Shown here piece after piece: positions 52,899-55,712 of a stretch of 55,712 nucleotides of DNA. The DNA comes from an uncultured Candidatus Saccharibacteria bacterium (GTDB lineage Bacteria > Patescibacteriota > Minisyncoccia > Phycocordibacterales > UBA5272). The translations under genes and the position numbers were made by a program. A model generated the notes under the pieces. That model was not told the DNA's origin, searched no databases, and was given only the letters and a program-made list of their open reading frames with translations. Positions within the stretch are counted from its first letter, which is position 1. Each line of letters starts with the position of its first letter. The stretch is from contig CAYQUK010000002.1 in NCBI GenBank assembly GCA_964420875.1, positions 1 to 55,712 on the forward strand, given 5' to 3'.

Positions 52899-54065
52899 AT
52901 GTCTTTAAAATCTTTGAAGAGAACCAGTGTTTTTGCTGGTCTCTCTCTCGCACTGTTTTCACAATTTGCAATGGCGGTGTCTATCACTCCAACATTAGCA
53001 AACGGTATGGTTAATAGGGCATATCCTATAACCAACATGGTTGGTGGGGGTGTAGCTCCCTATTCTGTAAGTGTTAGCGGAGCGCCTGATGGTATGACTG
53101 TGTCACCTGACGGTTTTATATCAGGAACACCAACAACAGCTGGAACATATATTTTAAATGTTTCTGCTACTGACTCTGCAAATATCTCTACAACAGGATC
53201 TGTATCTATATCAATAGATTTAGAGCCAGTTGTTTCTGGTGCTGGTATCATAACATCTCTCGGAGCTAGCTATATGGTTGTTAATGGTGGGTTAATATCT
53301 ACTGATACAAATGTATACTATCCAACAACAACGGATGCGTTTACATTTTTAAATGGCGCAACTCTTTCTGTGGGTAGATTTATAACATATACAGGATCTG
53401 TAGATGCTCTTGGTGGTGTGCGTGCATCAAATGTTGTTGTTGACATTGCTCCTCCAGCTCTGACGTTTATATCATCTCTTTCAAATGGAAAAGTCGGTAC
53501 AGCCTATGCATCTGTTAGTCTAATGGCAACAGGTATAGCTCCATACGCGGTCACAGCCACAGGTGTACCTGCTGGTATGTCCGTATCATCTGCTGGTGTT
53601 CTCTCGGGGACTCCTGCTGCCACTGGTACATATATCATTGCTTTGTCAGCCAGAGATTCAGCTGGCACAACTGGTACTGGTAGTGTGTCTATTACTGTAG
53701 ACTCTACTGTTGTGGTACCCCCAACAAATGTTTGTGGTGACGATGATGATTATCATAGTGGTCATGGCAATAATGGTAATCATTATGGTTGGTGGAATGG
53801 TTATGGTCACAGAGATAATGATGATAAACATGGTGGACGTCATCGTGACCGAGATGACAGGCAGGTGTTTGAAGGTGAGGGTAAAATAACTGCCGTCACA
53901 TCAAATGCTATTACTGTTAAAAATGTTCTGGTTCGTATAATAGACGAAACTAAAATAGATCTTAAAAAGAAAAGTGACGTTTTGAGAGTTGGTATGAAGG
54001 TTGAGTATGAGGGTGTTAAAAACGCTGACGGATCAATCACCGCTTGCGAAATAGAGCAAGACTAA
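52899..54065 (+). CDS. Secreted protein with two putative-Ig (He_PIG-like) repeats, a His/Asp/Gly/Asn-rich linker and a DUF5666-like C-terminal domain
   Basis: Signal peptide MSLKSLKRTSVFAGLSLALFSQFAMA. Repeated G(F/V)(I/L)SGTP(T/A)(T/A)(A/T)GTYI..(V/L)SA(T/R)DSA motif. Linker HSGHGNNGNHYGWWNGYGHRDNDDKHGGRHRDRDDR. C-terminus GEGKITAV..VEYEG..DGSITACEIE. Confidence 0.65.
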   Translation: MSLKSLKRTSVFAGLSLALFSQFAMAVSITPTLANGMVNRAYPITNMVGGGVAPYSVSVSGAPDGMTVSPDGFISGTPTTAGTYILNVSATDSANISTTGSVSISIDLEPVVSGAGIITSLGASYMVVNGGLISTDTNVYYPTTTDAFTFLNGATLSVGRFITYTGSVDALGGVRASNVVVDIAPPALTFISSLSNGKVGTAYASVSLMATGIAPYAVTATGVPAGMSVSSAGVLSGTPAATGTYIIALSARDSAGTTGTGSVSITVDSTVVVPPTNVCGDDDDYHSGHGNNGNHYGWWNGYGHRDNDDKHGGRHRDRDDRQVFEGEGKITAVTSNAITVKNVLVRIIDETKIDLKKKSDVLRVGMKVEYEGVKNADGSITACEIEQD

Positions 54066-54103
54066 ATATAAGTTTCTAAAAATTAAATAGTTCAAAGTAC
54101 AAA

Positions 54104-54129
54104 CCAAAAGCCCCTCACGGGGCTTTTGG
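54104..54129. terminator. Intrinsic terminator (bidirectional shape)
   Basis: CCAAAAGCCCC-tcac-GGGGCTTTTGG hairpin between the surface-protein gene and the 3' end of the tRNA gene. Confidence 0.7.
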
Positions 54130-54144
54130 TTTTCTTTACGTTTG

Positions 54145-54217
54145 TGTCCCCAGCTGGATTCGAACCAGCGACCATCAGCTTAAAAGGCTGTTGCTCTACC
54201 GACTGAGCTATAGGGAC
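54145..54217 (-). tRNA. tRNA-Lys (anticodon UUU)
   Basis: Folded by hand from the minus strand. Acceptor GTCCCTA/TGGGGAC, D-arm GCTC-AGTCGGTA-GAGC, anticodon loop CTTTTAA, T-arm GCTGG-TTCGAAT-CCAGC, discriminator A. 73 nt. CCA is not encoded. Confidence 0.93.
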
Positions 54218-54264
54218 GTTGAACAGAATATTAACATATTTCTTTATTATTGTCATTTACCAGT

Positions 54265-54292
54265 TTGACAAATGTCATATAAAGAGTAGAAT
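54265..54292 (+). promoter_or_regulatory. Promoter P6 of the tRNA-adjacent GC-rich cassette
   Basis: TTGACA (54265-70), 16 nt, TAGAAT (54287-92). A leader of roughly 125 nt precedes the ATG. Confidence 0.5.
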
Positions 54293-54423
54293 TTTAATTG
54301 GAAGATGTGGTTTTAACATGTGAGACCCATAGACCTAAACCATATCCGCACAAAGGCCTCAAAGGGCCGTTGATTCTAAAGTGATCACTCAACAATCTCC
54401 ATGCAGAGGAGTCAAATCTAACT

Positions 54424-54906
54424 ATGAATACGTTCAAGCAAAAGGCGCTGCTCTCCGCTCTGGCGGGTGCCGCCAATGCCGTTTACATCAACGGTGACGG
54501 CCCGGGCCAAGCTCAGATCTATCCGTACTACACCGTTCGCAACGGCAATCTGACGCTGCTGTCGGTCGTTAACACGACCGCAGACGCGAAGGCACTCAAA
54601 GTGCGATTCATTGAAGGCAAGAACTCGCAAGAGGTTCTCGACTTCAACTTGTTCCTCTCGTCGAAAGACGTGTGGACCGCTGCTGTGGTCGGTGACGACT
54701 ATGTGGTTATGCCTGTTGTCACCTTGGTGACGACTGACCCCGACTGCAGCAATGCAAATGTCTTGGCTACCGCAGTTGCGCCAACGACTAAACTGGATCG
54801 TATCCGTGAAGGATACGTCGAGCTGATCGAAATGGCGCAAAACAAGGCCACACAAGCAACCCGCACGCTCGCCCATCATGAGCGACCTATGATCCGGCTG
54901 GCCTGA
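54424..54906 (+). CDS. Secreted protein (GC-rich, hypothetical)
   Basis: SD GAGGAG. Signal peptide MNTFKQKALLSALAGAANA. The mature part begins VYINGDGPGQAQIYPYYTVRNGNLTLLSVVNTT. GC was 34/60 in line 54481. Confidence 0.65.
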   Translation: MNTFKQKALLSALAGAANAVYINGDGPGQAQIYPYYTVRNGNLTLLSVVNTTADAKALKVRFIEGKNSQEVLDFNLFLSSKDVWTAAVVGDDYVVMPVVTLVTTDPDCSNANVLATAVAPTTKLDRIREGYVELIEMAQNKATQATRTLAHHERPMIRLA

Positions 54907-54927
54907 TTCAGGTCAGTCGGCGAAAAG

Positions 54928-54951
54928 CCCCGACTTGTTCGGGGTTATTTT
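54928..54951 (+). terminator. Intrinsic terminator
   Basis: CCCCGA-cttgt-TCGGGG stem followed by TTATTTT. It shares the 16-nt core CCCCGACTTGTTCGGG with the terminator at 55243. Confidence 0.65.
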
Positions 54952-54975
54952 CATAAGAGACCTTAAGGGAGAGGT

Positions 54976-55227
54976 ATGAGTAACACAATAGATATCACAA
55001 ATGAAATTGCTGCCGCTAGATTAATTCTAGGTGAGCGTCAACCTGGGGCCGACCGAGTTTGGTTAAAGGTTGAGGAGCCCAAGCGAAATCAGAAAACTCC
55101 AACAGAAACTCTCGGTGAAAATGCCCTGCGTGCAAAAGCCTTCAGACAGCAGCCGCATGTTGGCGGAACACTCGGACTATCTGTGGCGATTACCGGAAAG
55201 TGTTGCACACATGCTCAAGCTAAATAG
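54976..55227 (+). CDS. Small hypothetical protein (GC-enriched)
   Basis: 83 aa. SD GGGAGAGG 5 nt upstream. No signal peptide, no recognisable motif, and no promoter of its own detected. Confidence 0.45.
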   Translation: MSNTIDITNEIAAARLILGERQPGADRVWLKVEEPKRNQKTPTETLGENALRAKAFRQQPHVGGTLGLSVAITGKCCTHAQAK

Positions 55228-55242
55228 CGCCACTCACACAAA

Positions 55243-55269
55243 CGACCCCGACTTGTTCGGGTCGTTTTT
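55243..55269. terminator. Bidirectional intrinsic terminator
   Basis: CGACCCCGA-cttgt-TCGGGTCG stem (one bulged C) followed by T5. It abuts the stop of the convergent fpg-like ORF. Confidence 0.65.
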
Positions 55270-55588
55270 ATTTCTGGCAAATAAGGCAGAAGACTGTGGT
55301 GCGTCCAGCTATGACAGATTTTTCTAAAATATTTTTACAGATCTCACACTTTTCTCCTCCTCTGCCATACACTTTGTGTTCGCGAGCAAAATTTCCACGA
55401 CTGCCGTCAGCGAGCAGATAGTCTGAGATAGATGAGCCTCCTAGATCTATGGCATGCCGCAACATCTTGATGATGTTTTTATGTATCAGTTTTATCTCTG
55501 TGTCCGTTAATGTTTTACAATTCCTACTTGGTAAAACTTTTGATGCAAAACATACTTCATCTGCATATATATTGCCACATCCAACCAC
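55268..55588 (-). CDS. Formamidopyrimidine/endonuclease VIII-family DNA glycosylase, C-terminal H2TH plus zinc-finger part only
   Basis: H2TH motif VGCGNIYADEVCF and zinc finger CEIC..(17 aa)..CLIC. The frame stays open up to 55648 (..IKKKNKALKTVLLEQSVV), but an in-frame TAG at 55649-51 precedes it. The N-terminal catalytic domain is not contiguous. Confidence 0.65.
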   Translation of the reverse strand: MVGCGNIYADEVCFASKVLPSRNCKTLTDTEIKLIHKNIIKMLRHAIDLGGSSISDYLLADGSRGNFAREHKVYGRGGEKCEICKNILEKSVIAGRTTVFCLICQK

Positions 55589-55712
55589 TACAGATTGTTC
55601 TAATAAGACAGTTTTTAATGCTTTATTTTTCTTTTTTATTCCAGAATTCTAAGGGGATTTTTAAGATATCTAAATATTTACCATTACCCGTACCAACATC
55701 CAGAAGTTTTCC

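Noticed and set aside
55070-55327. 85-aa plus-strand ORF overlapping 54976..55227 in another frame
   Set aside because: It has no SD and crosses the terminator hairpin at 55243-55269. The 54976 ORF has a good SD and ends before the terminator.
1-55712. CRISPR arrays, rRNA genes, transposases/IS elements, prophage structural genes
   Set aside because: I found no regularly spaced direct repeats and no rRNA-like sequence. No ORF carries a DDE/transposase, terminase, portal or capsid motif.
1-55712. Alternative genetic code (UGA recoding as in some candidate phyla)
   Set aside because: Long housekeeping ORFs (dnaA, polA, PBP, uvrD, virB4) are uninterrupted under the standard bacterial code, and TGA is used as a plausible stop (for example 52654-56 and 45420-22).

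Overview
Low-GC bacterial chromosome segment. Native 60-nt lines I counted are about 32% GC. It spans the replication-origin neighbourhood, with rpmH-rnpA-yidC on the minus strand facing dnaA-dnaN on the plus strand across an AT-rich gap containing DnaA boxes. Short housekeeping genes, a PrgI/VirB4/VirB6 locus and a CPR-type T4SS pilin domain suggest a small-genome, monoderm, CPR/Patescibacteria-like organism; that placement is inference. Housekeeping genes recognised by motif: rsmE, tpiA, pgk, an ECF-type sigma factor, xthA, an M50 site-2 protease, a XerC/D-like recombinase, rpsO, an NYN/LabA protein, comM/yifB, a LysM-M23 peptidase, pcrA/uvrD, rsmA, yidC, rnpA, rpmH, dnaA, dnaN, a class A PBP, tyrS, ruvC, ruvB, a PilB/GspE ATPase, tsaE, polA, tRNA-Lys(UUU) and an Fpg/Nei C-terminal fragment. 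Accessory content worth a second look: (1) An 11-kb minimal type IV secretion-like locus (21.4-32.6 kb) with no relaxase or coupling protein in the window; it includes a pilin-M15 peptidase fusion. (2) Several islands of much higher GC (57-62% in counted lines) at about 3.6-4.0, 10.5-12.2, 43.6-46.7 and 54.3-55.3 kb. Most are single-gene units with a near-consensus promoter (TTGACA, 16-17 nt, TAnAnT), a Shine-Dalgarno site and a GC-stem terminator. Most encode signal-peptide, lipoprotein or membrane-anchored proteins with no family I recognise. (3) An in-frame A_AAA_AAG slippery heptamer in one cassette that links two reading frames. (4) A roughly 170-nt rod-like candidate sRNA with its own consensus promoter and U-tract between ruvB and pilB. 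No CRISPR array, rRNA, transposase or prophage structural genes were seen. All product calls rest on motifs read by eye; no database search was possible.
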